DNA of 64,000 bases from Eubacteriales bacterium (GTDB lineage: Bacteria; Bacillota; Clostridia; Oscillospirales; CAG-272), in the NCBI GenBank assembly GCA_045594785.1, contig JAZNZE010000004.1, forward strand, positions 39,254 through 103,253. Direction: 5' to 3'. The notes under the pieces are model-generated. The model did no database searches. It saw only the letters and a program-made list of their open reading frames with translations, and was not told the DNA's origin. Below, piece by piece: positions 52,696 through 62,177 of this stretch (positions are counted from its first letter, which is position 1; each line of letters opens with the position of its first letter). The position numbers and the translations under genes were made by a program.

Positions 52696-53718
52696 ATGAA
52701 AAAATATCTTTTACCGAGACAGGGCAAATTCTATAAGGCGAATATGCATTGCCATACAAATATCTCAGATGGACAAATGACACCCGAAGAGGTTAAGGCG
52801 GCATTTAAGGAAAAGGGATACTCTATAGTAGCCTACACCGACCACGAAATAATGATGCCGCATTACGACCTTGCCGATGAAAATTTTCTTCCAATAACGG
52901 CTTACGAGGTGCAGCTCAGGGATTGGAACAGGCAGGTTAACTGCATTAAGCTCTACCATATGAATCTTTACTCACCCGACCCCGAGAGATACCTATCAAA
53001 GACATACTGCAAAAAGGACGCCTGGTGGGGAAATATAGTAAATCATTTTACCGATGAAATGGCAGCAGCCGGGCTTGCGGAGCGCGAATATTCTAAGGAG
53101 TTTGCTCAGTGGATAATTGACACGGCAAAAGAGGAGGGTATGCTCGTTTCCTATAACCACCCCGTATGGTCGCTTCAGAATCACGATGATTATTCGGGAC
53201 TTAAGGGGCTTTGGGGTGTTGAGTGGCACAATACCGGCTGTGTAAGAGCCGGCTACGTTGATAGCGAGCAGCCGATAATTGACCTTCTTAGCGAGGGAGA
53301 AAACGTTTTTCCTCTTGCTACTGACGATAATCACCGCACTGCTGATTTGTTCGGCGGTTGGATTTGGGTTAAGGCAAAGAAGCTCGATTACGCTACGGTA
53401 TTTAAGGCGCTTAAAAACGGAGATTTCTATTCCACAACCGGCCCTGAAATAAAGAGCCTTTACCTTGAGGACGGAGTGGTTAAAATCAAGACCTCTCCTG
53501 CAAAGAGAATAAGCCTTATCACAGACAGAAGACATACCGTTAGCAAAAATGCGGACGGAAAGCTTCTTTCGGGAGCAGAGCTTAGTCTTTCCGCATTTCT
53601 TGGAATTAACGATAAAACAAAGGAATACAGACGCGCATATTTCAGGCTTGAGGTAGTGGATAAGTACGGAAACAGAGCCCTCACGAGAGCATACTATCTT
53701 GACGAGCTTGGATTTTAA
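52696..53718 (+). CDS. PHP-domain metal-dependent phosphoesterase family protein
   Basis: N-terminal ANMHCHTNISDG and AYTDHE motifs of the PHP fold. 340 aa, cytoplasmic. Confidence 0.65.
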   Translation: MKKYLLPRQGKFYKANMHCHTNISDGQMTPEEVKAAFKEKGYSIVAYTDHEIMMPHYDLADENFLPITAYEVQLRDWNRQVNCIKLYHMNLYSPDPERYLSKTYCKKDAWWGNIVNHFTDEMAAAGLAEREYSKEFAQWIIDTAKEEGMLVSYNHPVWSLQNHDDYSGLKGLWGVEWHNTGCVRAGYVDSEQPIIDLLSEGENVFPLATDDNHRTADLFGGWIWVKAKKLDYATVFKALKNGDFYSTTGPEIKSLYLEDGVVKIKTSPAKRISLITDRRHTVSKNADGKLLSGAELSLSAFLGINDKTKEYRRAYFRLEVVDKYGNRALTRAYYLDELGF

Positions 53719-53747
53719 TACATATCTAACACGGGAGAATGTAAACA

Positions 53748-54914
53748 ATGGATTACAAAAAGTATTTAACTGACGAAATTTTGGCGCATTATCTCAGTCT
53801 GCAGACGGATAAGGAATGCGGAGGAATTCTTAACTTCTTTAATCCCGACTGTACTCTTAGAAGAGACGAGAAGGACGTATGGTTTCAGGGCAGAGCGATG
53901 TGGACATACTCACTTACCTACAGGCTTGTTGAGAAGAGGCAGGAATACCTCGATATGTGCGCTCACATATTCGACTTTATAAAAAAACTTGACCTTTATG
54001 ACGGCAAGATGCCTTACTGGGTAAGCCGTGACGGCAAGACTATGACGAGAAGCCAGGGGGATAACTTTTATTCCGAGTGCTTTTGCGCTATGGGCTGCGC
54101 TCAGTATTACAGAGTGAGCGGCAGAGAAGACGTTAAGGAGCTTTGCGAAAAGCTTTTCGACATAATGTATGACGGATATTTCAAGGCTGCAAAAGAGGGC
54201 AGAGTTGGCGGACACGGCGTACGCACCTTTGTTTTCGGTCTTCATATGGCTATGCTTGCGGGAGCTCAGTTCGTTCGTAATGCGGGTATCCGCGTTGAAA
54301 AGGCAAATATTCTTGCAGACGCCTGCCTTGACGGAATGATGAACGAGCCGCATATTGATGACGCAAGAAAAATGGTTATTGAGGAGCTTGCAGCTCCGGG
54401 AGAGGTTCTTCCTATAGAAAAAAACCACACCTGCCCCGGTCACGTATACGAGGCGGCATGGTTTGTTATGTGCGAGGGTGAATACAGAAACGACAAGAAA
54501 ATCAAGGACTTCGGAAGAAAGCTTCTTGACTACGCTATGCCCGAGGGCTTCGAAGAGAAGGAGCAGCTTATTCCTACCTTCCTTCGCCCCGATGACCCTT
54601 GGAACTTTGACTGCACCGATAATACTATTTCCTGGCCTGCTCAGGAGGCTATAATTGCTTACAGAGTGGCATATCATATGTTCGGTGAGGAAAAATATAA
54701 GCGTCTTTCCGAGATAGTAGAGAAGGCAGCCTTCGATTACTTTGCCGACAGAGAGCAGGGAAGATGGTACATAAACATCAAGAGAGGTCTTCCTCCCGTT
54801 TCCGAGCGTAAGGATAAATCCGGACATATTGAAGGTCCCTTCCACCTTGAAAGAATGCTTCTCGGCCTTGCAGTTCTTGCCGAAGACGCCAGCATAAAGA
54901 GATATATTTCTTAA
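53748..54914 (+). CDS. AGE-family (N-acylglucosamine 2-epimerase-like) epimerase/isomerase, paralog 1
   Basis: 388 aa with an (alpha/alpha)6 pattern (GGILNFFNPD..., VWFQGRAMWTYS, HVYEAAWFVM, WPAQEAIIAY, GPFHLERML). Confidence 0.65.
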   Translation: MDYKKYLTDEILAHYLSLQTDKECGGILNFFNPDCTLRRDEKDVWFQGRAMWTYSLTYRLVEKRQEYLDMCAHIFDFIKKLDLYDGKMPYWVSRDGKTMTRSQGDNFYSECFCAMGCAQYYRVSGREDVKELCEKLFDIMYDGYFKAAKEGRVGGHGVRTFVFGLHMAMLAGAQFVRNAGIRVEKANILADACLDGMMNEPHIDDARKMVIEELAAPGEVLPIEKNHTCPGHVYEAAWFVMCEGEYRNDKKIKDFGRKLLDYAMPEGFEEKEQLIPTFLRPDDPWNFDCTDNTISWPAQEAIIAYRVAYHMFGEEKYKRLSEIVEKAAFDYFADREQGRWYINIKRGLPPVSERKDKSGHIEGPFHLERMLLGLAVLAEDASIKRYIS

Positions 54915-54923
54915 ATACAAAAT

Positions 54924-54958
54924 GCTCTGTGCAAGTCAAATCGCACAGAGCGTTTTTT
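54924..54958 (+). terminator. rho-independent terminator between the AGE paralogs
   Basis: Stem gctctgtgc / gcacagagc followed by GTTTTTT. Confidence 0.8.
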
Positions 54959-55045
54959 GTAATGTTTCAAAATCTTTTTGTAATTTCATTTTCGGTTTGT
55001 TGGTGGTAAAATAAAGGTAAATATGGCTCTCGGGAGAACGGATAT

Positions 55046-56206
55046 ATGGATTACGGAAAATATCTTACAGAAAAATCGCTCGCTCACTACCTTAAAATAT
55101 TGAAGGACGAGAAGTGCGGCGGAATATTCACCCGCTTCACCCCTGAGGCTGAAGTATCGGTAAACGAAAAGCACGTCTGGTTTTTTGGCAGAGCGATGTG
55201 GAGCTTTTCTATGGCGTATCTTCACGTTGATAAGAGGCAGGAATATCTCGACATCTGCGATTGCATATTCGACTTCCTTAAGAAAATAGAATTCGTAAAC
55301 AACCGACTTCCGCTTTGGGTAACGCGTGAGGGCAAGCCTTTCAAGGCGGCGGTGACAGGTCCATATAACGAGGGCTTTGTTGCTGTCGGCTGCGCTCAGT
55401 ATTACAGAATAACGGGCAGAGAGGACGTTAAGGAATATGCAGAGAGATGCTTTGACATCCTCTACGACATTTACTTCAACCTTCTTGATAAAAGGCAGAA
55501 TAATCCTGACGAGCCTGTTCCTACTCAGGTTCTGGGACTTGATATGGCTATGCTCAATAATGCTCAGTTTGTCAGAAACGCAGGCATCCGTGTAGATAAA
55601 GCCAACAAGCTCAGCGCAAAATGCATTGAGAGACTCGCTCTGCACATAGACGAGGAGAAGAAGCTCGTGCCAGAGCATTGCCCGCTTTCCGGCTATGAGG
55701 TGACTCGTGAAATGGACCACTTCTGCCCCGGTCACATATACGAGGCTGCCTGGTTTGTGCTCTCGGAGGCAGAGTACAGGGGTGACGAAAAAGTGGCTCT
55801 TATCGGAAAGAAACTCCTTGATTACGCTATGCCCGAGGGCTTTGAGAAAATGGCAAGACTTATTCCCACTGTCGTTCCCACATACGAGCCATATAATTTC
55901 GGAAAGAGCCAAACACTCATTTCTTGGCCTCAGCAGGAGGCGATAGTTGCGTATAATCTTGCATACCTTATGTTCGGTGAGGAAAAATATAAGGCTCTTG
56001 CGGATATGATTGAGGAAACTGCGGAGAAGTATTTTGCAGATGATGCAGCGGACAGATGGTATAAAGAAATACATATATCCTCTCCTGTCGTAAAGAAAAG
56101 AAGCAAAAAGGGCACTCATGCGGAGGGACCCTTCCATCACGAAAGAATGCTTATTGCTATGGATATTCTTACTTGTGACGGCAGCATAAAGAGGTATATC
56201 TCCTAA
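55046..56206 (+). CDS. AGE-family epimerase/isomerase, paralog 2
   Basis: 386 aa and collinear with 53748..54914 (MDYxKYLT..., HVWFFGRAMWSFS, HIYEAAWFVL, WPQQEAIVAY, GPFHHERML). Confidence 0.65.
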   Translation: MDYGKYLTEKSLAHYLKILKDEKCGGIFTRFTPEAEVSVNEKHVWFFGRAMWSFSMAYLHVDKRQEYLDICDCIFDFLKKIEFVNNRLPLWVTREGKPFKAAVTGPYNEGFVAVGCAQYYRITGREDVKEYAERCFDILYDIYFNLLDKRQNNPDEPVPTQVLGLDMAMLNNAQFVRNAGIRVDKANKLSAKCIERLALHIDEEKKLVPEHCPLSGYEVTREMDHFCPGHIYEAAWFVLSEAEYRGDEKVALIGKKLLDYAMPEGFEKMARLIPTVVPTYEPYNFGKSQTLISWPQQEAIVAYNLAYLMFGEEKYKALADMIEETAEKYFADDAADRWYKEIHISSPVVKKRSKKGTHAEGPFHHERMLIAMDILTCDGSIKRYIS

Positions 56207-57135
56207 AATTTAATACTCTTTTTAAGTTCGGGATTTTTGTCGTAAAATTCTTTCAGCTTTGTGCGGAAGTATTTCGGCAGAAGTCCCGTTTGCTTTTTGT
56301 GGCAAAGAACGAGGTGAGAGGGAGAATTAAAGCCGCAGAAATCCGAAACGGCAGATATATCGTAGGCGGTATGAGCGAGATAGAAAACCGCGTTCGAAAC
56401 TCTCACTCTCTGTATATAGTAGGAGCAGCGCATTCCCATAAATTTTTTGAATAGCGAAAAAAAGCTCGTCTGGCAGAGGTAAGAGACGCGCAAGAGCTCA
56501 TCGGTGGTTATCTTTTCGGGAAAATGCTCGTTTATATACCTTACGGCGCGTGCGATAGGCAGCGCCTTTTTCGTAAGAGCTATGCGGGCCTCGGCTTTTT
56601 CCTTTTCCGTGAATATAAGCTCGGGAAGGGTAAAGAGCTTGTTTATCTCGGGGATAAGCTCGGCAAGGGAGGAGCTTGACATAAACAGATAGGAAAACTG
56701 CGCCTTGAATTTTTCGCAGGACCTCTCCGAGAGGGAGAATTTTTTTACTCCGCCCATAAACGAGGGAAGCAGAGAATGAAAGAAAAATTCTTCTGCCAAG
56801 GAGAAATCAACCTCAAGATAAACCTCGGTGGATACGCTGAGCGAGAAAAGCTCGGTATTTGCCTTCACGGAGAAGCTGTGAGGCTTTCCCGGAGGAACGG
56901 TAAGGATATCTCCCGGCAGCATAAGAAAGCTGCTTTCCTCTACAGTATGAAGACATTCGCCGGATATGCAGAACCATATCTGAACGAAATCGTGTATATG
57001 AAATTCCTGCCGCCATTCCTTTTCGTAGCTGTCCTTTCTGAACGAAAGCGGAATTCTTTTTCCGTAAAATCTATCGTGCGCAAGGTCGGGAGAACGAAGC
57101 GGGGCAATATATTCGTTTTCATTAGAGTTTTTCAT
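56203..57135 (-). CDS. AraC family transcriptional regulator (cupin sensor + HTH)
   Basis: N-terminal cupin-like HIHDFVQIWFCISGECLHTV and a C-terminal AraC double HTH (ITTDELLRVSYLCQTSFFSLFKKFMGM... FNSPSHLVLCHKKQTG). Its stop overlaps the convergent AGE-2 stop by 4 nt. Confidence 0.85.
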   Translation of the reverse strand: MKNSNENEYIAPLRSPDLAHDRFYGKRIPLSFRKDSYEKEWRQEFHIHDFVQIWFCISGECLHTVEESSFLMLPGDILTVPPGKPHSFSVKANTELFSLSVSTEVYLEVDFSLAEEFFFHSLLPSFMGGVKKFSLSERSCEKFKAQFSYLFMSSSSLAELIPEINKLFTLPELIFTEKEKAEARIALTKKALPIARAVRYINEHFPEKITTDELLRVSYLCQTSFFSLFKKFMGMRCSYYIQRVRVSNAVFYLAHTAYDISAVSDFCGFNSPSHLVLCHKKQTGLLPKYFRTKLKEFYDKNPELKKSIKF

Positions 57136-57280
57136 AGCTTTACCTTTTTATCGGTTTTTCTTTATTTTACAACTGCGTAAAAGAAAAATCAAGACCGAAA
57201 CAATAAATAGAAAAGCTATTGAAAATAAAATATTTATGTGTTAAAATTAAGACAATATAAAATCTTTTGAGGAGAAAAAT

Positions 57281-58543
57281 ATGGATATCAATGAAATTCT
57301 TTCCGGTGTGGAATGCTCTTGCGGTAAGCACCACACCTGCTCTATAGAAAAGGTATATATAGAGAAGGGGGCTGCAGCAAGGCTTACCGAGCTTTGCGCC
57401 GATTATAAAAGGGTGATAATCGTGGCTGACGAAAATACCTATGCGGCAGGCGGCGAGAGGGTTATGGCCGCTCTTTCGGACAAGGAAGCTGTGAAGGTTA
57501 TTTTTGACGGTAAGACGGTTCTTATACCTGACGAGAGAGCGATTGACAGAGTAAACGCTTCTCTTGGAAATTCGGAAATAATAATCGCGCTTGGCTCGGG
57601 CGTTATTCAGGACCTCTGTAAATACGTCTCTCATTTTTCGGGTATTCCTTATATAGACGTTGCTACGGCTCCGTCAATGGACGGCTACGCCTCTGACGGC
57701 GCGGCTATGATACTTAAGGGAATGAAGGAAACCGTAAAGGCAGGACTTCCGAGAGCTATAGTATGTGACGTTGATATACTTAAAGATGCGCCCCTTGAAA
57801 TGATTAAGGCGGGATACGGAGATATAATCGGTAAGTACAGCGCGCTCTGCGACTGGAGACTTGCAAATATCGTAAACGGAGAATATCTCTGCGAGTATAT
57901 TTATAATACCACTATGGATATGGTTGAAAAGACCCGCGCGCTTGCCAAGGGACTTATGGATAGAGACGAGCAGAGCATTGCCGCTCTTATGGAGGCTCTC
58001 GTGGTTGTCGGAATTATGATGAGCTTTGCAGGCTCGTCTCGCCCCGCATCGGGAAGCGAGCATCACCTCTCTCACTTTTTTGAGATTGTGGGAATCGTAA
58101 GAGGGGAGGATTATTTTCCGCACGGAATTGACGTTGCCTATTCTGCTATAGTCACCGCTTCCATACGTGAGGAGCTTATGGAAACGCCGTTCCCGAGGAG
58201 AAAATTCCTTCTTCCCCGCGAGGAATACGAGAAGAAAATGGAGAGAATATACGGTCCGGTTGCCAAGGGCTGTATTGCCTTGCAGGATAAGGTAGGAAAT
58301 TACGTGACTGACAGAACCGAAGCCTATCTCAGACACGAAAATGAGCTGAAACGCCTTTTTAAGAGCACTCCTACCTCTTGGGAAATAGAGGGAATGCTCA
58401 GGCTTGTAGGACTTGAGCTGTCCGAATTTCACGCAAAATACGGTACGGAAAAGATTAACGATGCTATTTCTTATGCTAAAGACCTCAAGGACAGATATTC
58501 GGTTCTTTGGCTTTACTACGACCTTTTTGGAGAGCAGATATGA
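57281..58543 (+). CDS. iron-dependent alcohol dehydrogenase superfamily protein, sn-glycerol-1-phosphate dehydrogenase (AraM/EgsA)-like
   Basis: 420 aa with GSGVIQDLCKY, the DVATAPSMDGYAS block typical of G1PDH/AraM-type enzymes, and a His cluster SGSEHHLSH. Confidence 0.6.
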   Translation: MDINEILSGVECSCGKHHTCSIEKVYIEKGAAARLTELCADYKRVIIVADENTYAAGGERVMAALSDKEAVKVIFDGKTVLIPDERAIDRVNASLGNSEIIIALGSGVIQDLCKYVSHFSGIPYIDVATAPSMDGYASDGAAMILKGMKETVKAGLPRAIVCDVDILKDAPLEMIKAGYGDIIGKYSALCDWRLANIVNGEYLCEYIYNTTMDMVEKTRALAKGLMDRDEQSIAALMEALVVVGIMMSFAGSSRPASGSEHHLSHFFEIVGIVRGEDYFPHGIDVAYSAIVTASIREELMETPFPRRKFLLPREEYEKKMERIYGPVAKGCIALQDKVGNYVTDRTEAYLRHENELKRLFKSTPTSWEIEGMLRLVGLELSEFHAKYGTEKINDAISYAKDLKDRYSVLWLYYDLFGEQI

Positions 58544-59562
58544 ATTTACCCAAGACCATTAAATTCGACGGAATGAAAACCGGGCATATTCAGGGAATTG
58601 CCACCGATAAAGAAAGAAAATATATGTACTATTCCTTTACGACCTCTTTCGTAAAGACGGATATGCAGGGTAATATTATAGGCAGCGTTGAAGGGCTTTG
58701 CGGTCACCTCGGCTGTATCGCATATAATTACGATGATGGAAGAGTATACGGCTCGCTTGAGTTTAAGCACGACTCGATAGGTAAGGAAATTTTAAAAAGA
58801 GTAAGCTCTCAAAACAGCGAGGAGATAGACGTTGAGGACGGCTTCTATATCGTTTATTTTGACGTAGAAAAGATAGACAGAATAGGAATGAATGCCGAGA
58901 CTGACGGAATTATGAAGGCGGTTTATCTTGCCGAGGTTACTGCCGACTACAATGCCGAGGGACACAGACACGGCTGCAGCGGAATTGACGGTCTGACCTT
59001 TGCGCCTATTCCTTCCGAAAAGGGAGAAAGATATCTTTACGTTGCTTACGGAATATATTCCGACCTCGAAAGAGACGACAACGACTGCCAGGTGCTTCTC
59101 AGATACGATTGGCGTGAGTTTGAAAGGCTTGCAGCTCCGCTCAATCAGCAGAATATGCACAGAAGCGGCCCGAAAAAGCCTGAGGACAAGTATTTTGTTT
59201 ATACCGGAAACACGACCTGGGGCGTGCAGAACCTTGAATACGTTCCCGAAAACGATATTATGCTGCTTGCGGTATATAAGGGGGTTAAGCCTCAGTTCCC
59301 TAATTATCCGATGTTCTTTCTCGATATGAGCCTGCCCGCAAAGGAGGAGAACGGTAAAAGGCTTCTGACGCTTGCAAGGCTTGGAAAATGTCACGAGTCC
59401 ACCGGCATTTGCGGAAGCGATTTTCCTTACGGCTCAACCGGAGTTATAGCTCTCGGAGATGGAAAATTCTATTTCTCCAAGCCTTCGGATACCCACGGTG
59501 TCTGGAGCACTGAAATAGCTCTTTATTCTTTTGACGGCAAAGGCGGTTTTGCCGAAATATAA
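58540..59562 (+). CDS. hypothetical protein
   Basis: ATG 58540 overlaps the upstream TGA (ATGA coupling). 340 aa, no signal peptide, no recognised motif. Confidence 0.6.
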   Translation: MNLPKTIKFDGMKTGHIQGIATDKERKYMYYSFTTSFVKTDMQGNIIGSVEGLCGHLGCIAYNYDDGRVYGSLEFKHDSIGKEILKRVSSQNSEEIDVEDGFYIVYFDVEKIDRIGMNAETDGIMKAVYLAEVTADYNAEGHRHGCSGIDGLTFAPIPSEKGERYLYVAYGIYSDLERDDNDCQVLLRYDWREFERLAAPLNQQNMHRSGPKKPEDKYFVYTGNTTWGVQNLEYVPENDIMLLAVYKGVKPQFPNYPMFFLDMSLPAKEENGKRLLTLARLGKCHESTGICGSDFPYGSTGVIALGDGKFYFSKPSDTHGVWSTEIALYSFDGKGGFAEI

Positions 59563-59583
59563 GAAAAACGAAAGAGAGAAAAA

Positions 59584-62109
59584 ATGAGATTACTGAGAAC
59601 GCTGTTGCTTCTTGCCGTGTCATTACTATGCCTTGCTTCTTTGTTTTTCTATGATGACGGAATATGCACCGAGCATCTTGACGGTGACGAAAATTTCATA
59701 TGCGACAGGTGCGAGGCAGAGCTGGAAAAGCCGAAAGACCCGATATGCGCTGAATGCACAGACGCTGACGGAGATATAAAATGCGATGCGTGCGGTAAAG
59801 CCGTGGCGTATCCCATAAGCCTCATATCAGATGGAAAGTGCGGTTATACCTTCGTAATAGGCTCAGGTCTTGACGGAAACGCTATGATGGCGATAAACGG
59901 GCTTTCTTCCGAGCTTAAGTCGCTTGGCGCAGAGGTCAATACCGTTTTTGAGAGCGCAGAAGAGACCGGTGAATGCGAAATTCTTTTCGGAACTATGACC
60001 CAAAGAGCAGACGTATATAGGGTTGACCCGCATCTTTTCGGAGTTAAGGGCTATACCGTAAGAATAATAGGCAAAAAAATCATTGTTCTCGGTGGCTCGG
60101 CAGCAGCGCTTTCCGAAGCAGTCAGCGCGCTGAGAGGCGAGTTTTTCGGAATAACCGACAAGACGAAGGCTCTTTCTGACAGACTTATTAATCCGGAGGA
60201 CAGCATAAGCGTTATTCAGAGCGACTATAAGGTAAATAAGATTACCCTTTTCGGAGAGGATATCAGAAATTACACTATAGCTATAGATAAACAAAGCATT
60301 GATTCTATTTCTGCGGCAGGTAAAATTCAAGCCCTGCTTTATGAAAAATGCGGATATTGGCTGCCTGTGGTTGATATTGCCGAGGCAGGAAAATCAATAC
60401 TCATAAGCCTCACTCAAAAGACTGACGGAGAAGGGCTTTACGCAAGCTTTTCCAAAGGAAAAATCGAATTCAAGGTTGAGTATACGACCTCTCTCAAAAA
60501 GGAAATATATAATTATTTTGCAGAAAAAATCGAAAATAACGAAGGTACTCTGAAATTCGGTTCGGGTGATAGCTTCTCAAAGAACGTGCGTGACGTATTC
60601 TACAAGGATTTCGGCGCGGTGGGCGATGGAGTAACAAACGATGCCGAGGCGATACTTGCAGCGCACAGATACGCTTACGATGGCGGTCATAAAAAAATAG
60701 TTGCCGAGAGCGGAAAAACCTATTACTTAGGTAAGCTGAACGCTGCCGCACCGATAATTTGTGACGTTGACTGGACGGGTGCGAAATTTATAATTGACGA
60801 TACGGTTATAAGTGCGTCTGAAATGAAGGATATATTTGAGGTTATGGATACCTCGGGCGCAGCTGTAGGCTTCAATCCGCAAAAAAGCGACACCCTGAAA
60901 GAGATAAACGCCGGCGGCGGTATAGATGCTTCCGCCATAACAAAAATCGACCTCGGACTTGGTTATCCTGCCATGCTCAAGGTCAATAACGGCGAGCATA
61001 AGAACTATATCCGCTACGGAGCTAATGCCAGCTCGGGAACTATGCAGACCGAATTTATTCTGGTAGATGCCGAGGGAAATATAGACCCTACTACTCCGTT
61101 TATGTTCGACTATGAGAAGATTACCTCAATTTACGCATATAAAATAAACGCTGAGCCTATTACGCTTCTGGGCGGAGAATTTACTACGGTAGCAGCTGAC
61201 AAAAGCTTTTCATATTGCAGCAGAGGTATTCGTATTCAGCGTTCAAACGTGACGGTTAAAAACCTTAAGCACTACGTAATCGGCGAAGGAGAGAAGGGCG
61301 CTCCGTACTCTCATTTCATAGGAATATCCTGTTCAAATAACGTTCTTGTGGACGGCTGCGTTTTTTCGGGACACAAAACCTACTATAATTCAAGCGGAGT
61401 GGGAATTGGCAGCTACGATATAAACGTCAGCGAGAGCATTAACGTTACCTTTAAAAACTGCACTCAGTCGAACTTCTTTAAGGAAGACGGCTCGCTCGTC
61501 ACGGACAAGTGGGGAGTTATGGGCTCAAGCAAGTGCAAGAATATTACCTATGACGCTTGCGTTTTAACACGCTTTGATGCTCACGAGGGCGTATGGAATG
61601 CAACGATAAAAAATACGGCTATAAGGGATATTCGTATCGTTGGCGGCGGCAGGTTCATATTAGATAACTGCCATATCTACAAGAATACCGTAATAAGCTT
61701 CAGAGAAGATTACGGAGCATTCTGGTTTGGTGAGGTGATATTAAAGGACGTAACCGTTCATTCAAATCAGGCGGTGGATATTATGGACGGTTACTGGTAT
61801 AATCACGACTTTGGCTATAAGACTGCCGCACCGAGAAGTATTACCGTTGACGGTCTTGAAATCGTGGGAGAGGCAAAAACGGTGAGTCTCTTCAGCGAAA
61901 TCTTTATAAAGAGGCTGAACCGTTCTACGCTTGATGAGTTTGCTTCAACAAACAGCGAAACGGGCGAGACTGTAACCAAGCCTAATATAAATAAAGTTGA
62001 GCCTATCGAGAAAATAACGGTGAAAAATATCGGAGAGGGAATCGACCTTGTGCTTCCTCCAAAAACCGAGTTTTTTGAAAATACCGTTATTAGTGAAATC
62101 TCACCTTGA
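59584..62109 (+). CDS. secreted/anchored right-handed beta-helix (pectate-lyase-superfamily) protein with an N-terminal Cys/Asp-rich module
   Basis: N-terminal hydrophobic signal/anchor. The Pectate_lyase_3-type start motif is VFYKDFGAVGDGVTNDAEAILAAHRYA...GKTYYLG. Repeated beta-helix coil signatures follow (NVLVDGCVFSGH, NVTFKNCTQSN, NITYDACVLTRFDAHEG, ILDNCHIY). Confidence 0.7.
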   Translation: MRLLRTLLLLAVSLLCLASLFFYDDGICTEHLDGDENFICDRCEAELEKPKDPICAECTDADGDIKCDACGKAVAYPISLISDGKCGYTFVIGSGLDGNAMMAINGLSSELKSLGAEVNTVFESAEETGECEILFGTMTQRADVYRVDPHLFGVKGYTVRIIGKKIIVLGGSAAALSEAVSALRGEFFGITDKTKALSDRLINPEDSISVIQSDYKVNKITLFGEDIRNYTIAIDKQSIDSISAAGKIQALLYEKCGYWLPVVDIAEAGKSILISLTQKTDGEGLYASFSKGKIEFKVEYTTSLKKEIYNYFAEKIENNEGTLKFGSGDSFSKNVRDVFYKDFGAVGDGVTNDAEAILAAHRYAYDGGHKKIVAESGKTYYLGKLNAAAPIICDVDWTGAKFIIDDTVISASEMKDIFEVMDTSGAAVGFNPQKSDTLKEINAGGGIDASAITKIDLGLGYPAMLKVNNGEHKNYIRYGANASSGTMQTEFILVDAEGNIDPTTPFMFDYEKITSIYAYKINAEPITLLGGEFTTVAADKSFSYCSRGIRIQRSNVTVKNLKHYVIGEGEKGAPYSHFIGISCSNNVLVDGCVFSGHKTYYNSSGVGIGSYDINVSESINVTFKNCTQSNFFKEDGSLVTDKWGVMGSSKCKNITYDACVLTRFDAHEGVWNATIKNTAIRDIRIVGGGRFILDNCHIYKNTVISFREDYGAFWFGEVILKDVTVHSNQAVDIMDGYWYNHDFGYKTAAPRSITVDGLEIVGEAKTVSLFSEIFIKRLNRSTLDEFASTNSETGETVTKPNINKVEPIEKITVKNIGEGIDLVLPPKTEFFENTVISEISP

Positions 62110-62137
62110 AAATAAATACCGCAATCGCTTAACGCAT

Positions 62138-62174
62138 AAGAGGATAGCTCGTTTTAAATTTGAGCTATCCTCTT
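62138..62174. terminator. 13-bp stem-loop between convergent genes (no clear T-tract)
   Basis: aagaggatagctc / gagctatcctctt with an 11-nt loop. It lies between the beta-helix gene (+) and trmH-like (-). Confidence 0.5.
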
Positions 62175-62177
62175 AAA

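Noticed and set aside
53910-56140. ORFs 53910..54920 and 54986..56140 on the - strand (336 and 384 aa)
   Set aside because: They are antisense to the two AGE-family paralogs, whose mutual protein-level conservation identifies the + strand as coding.
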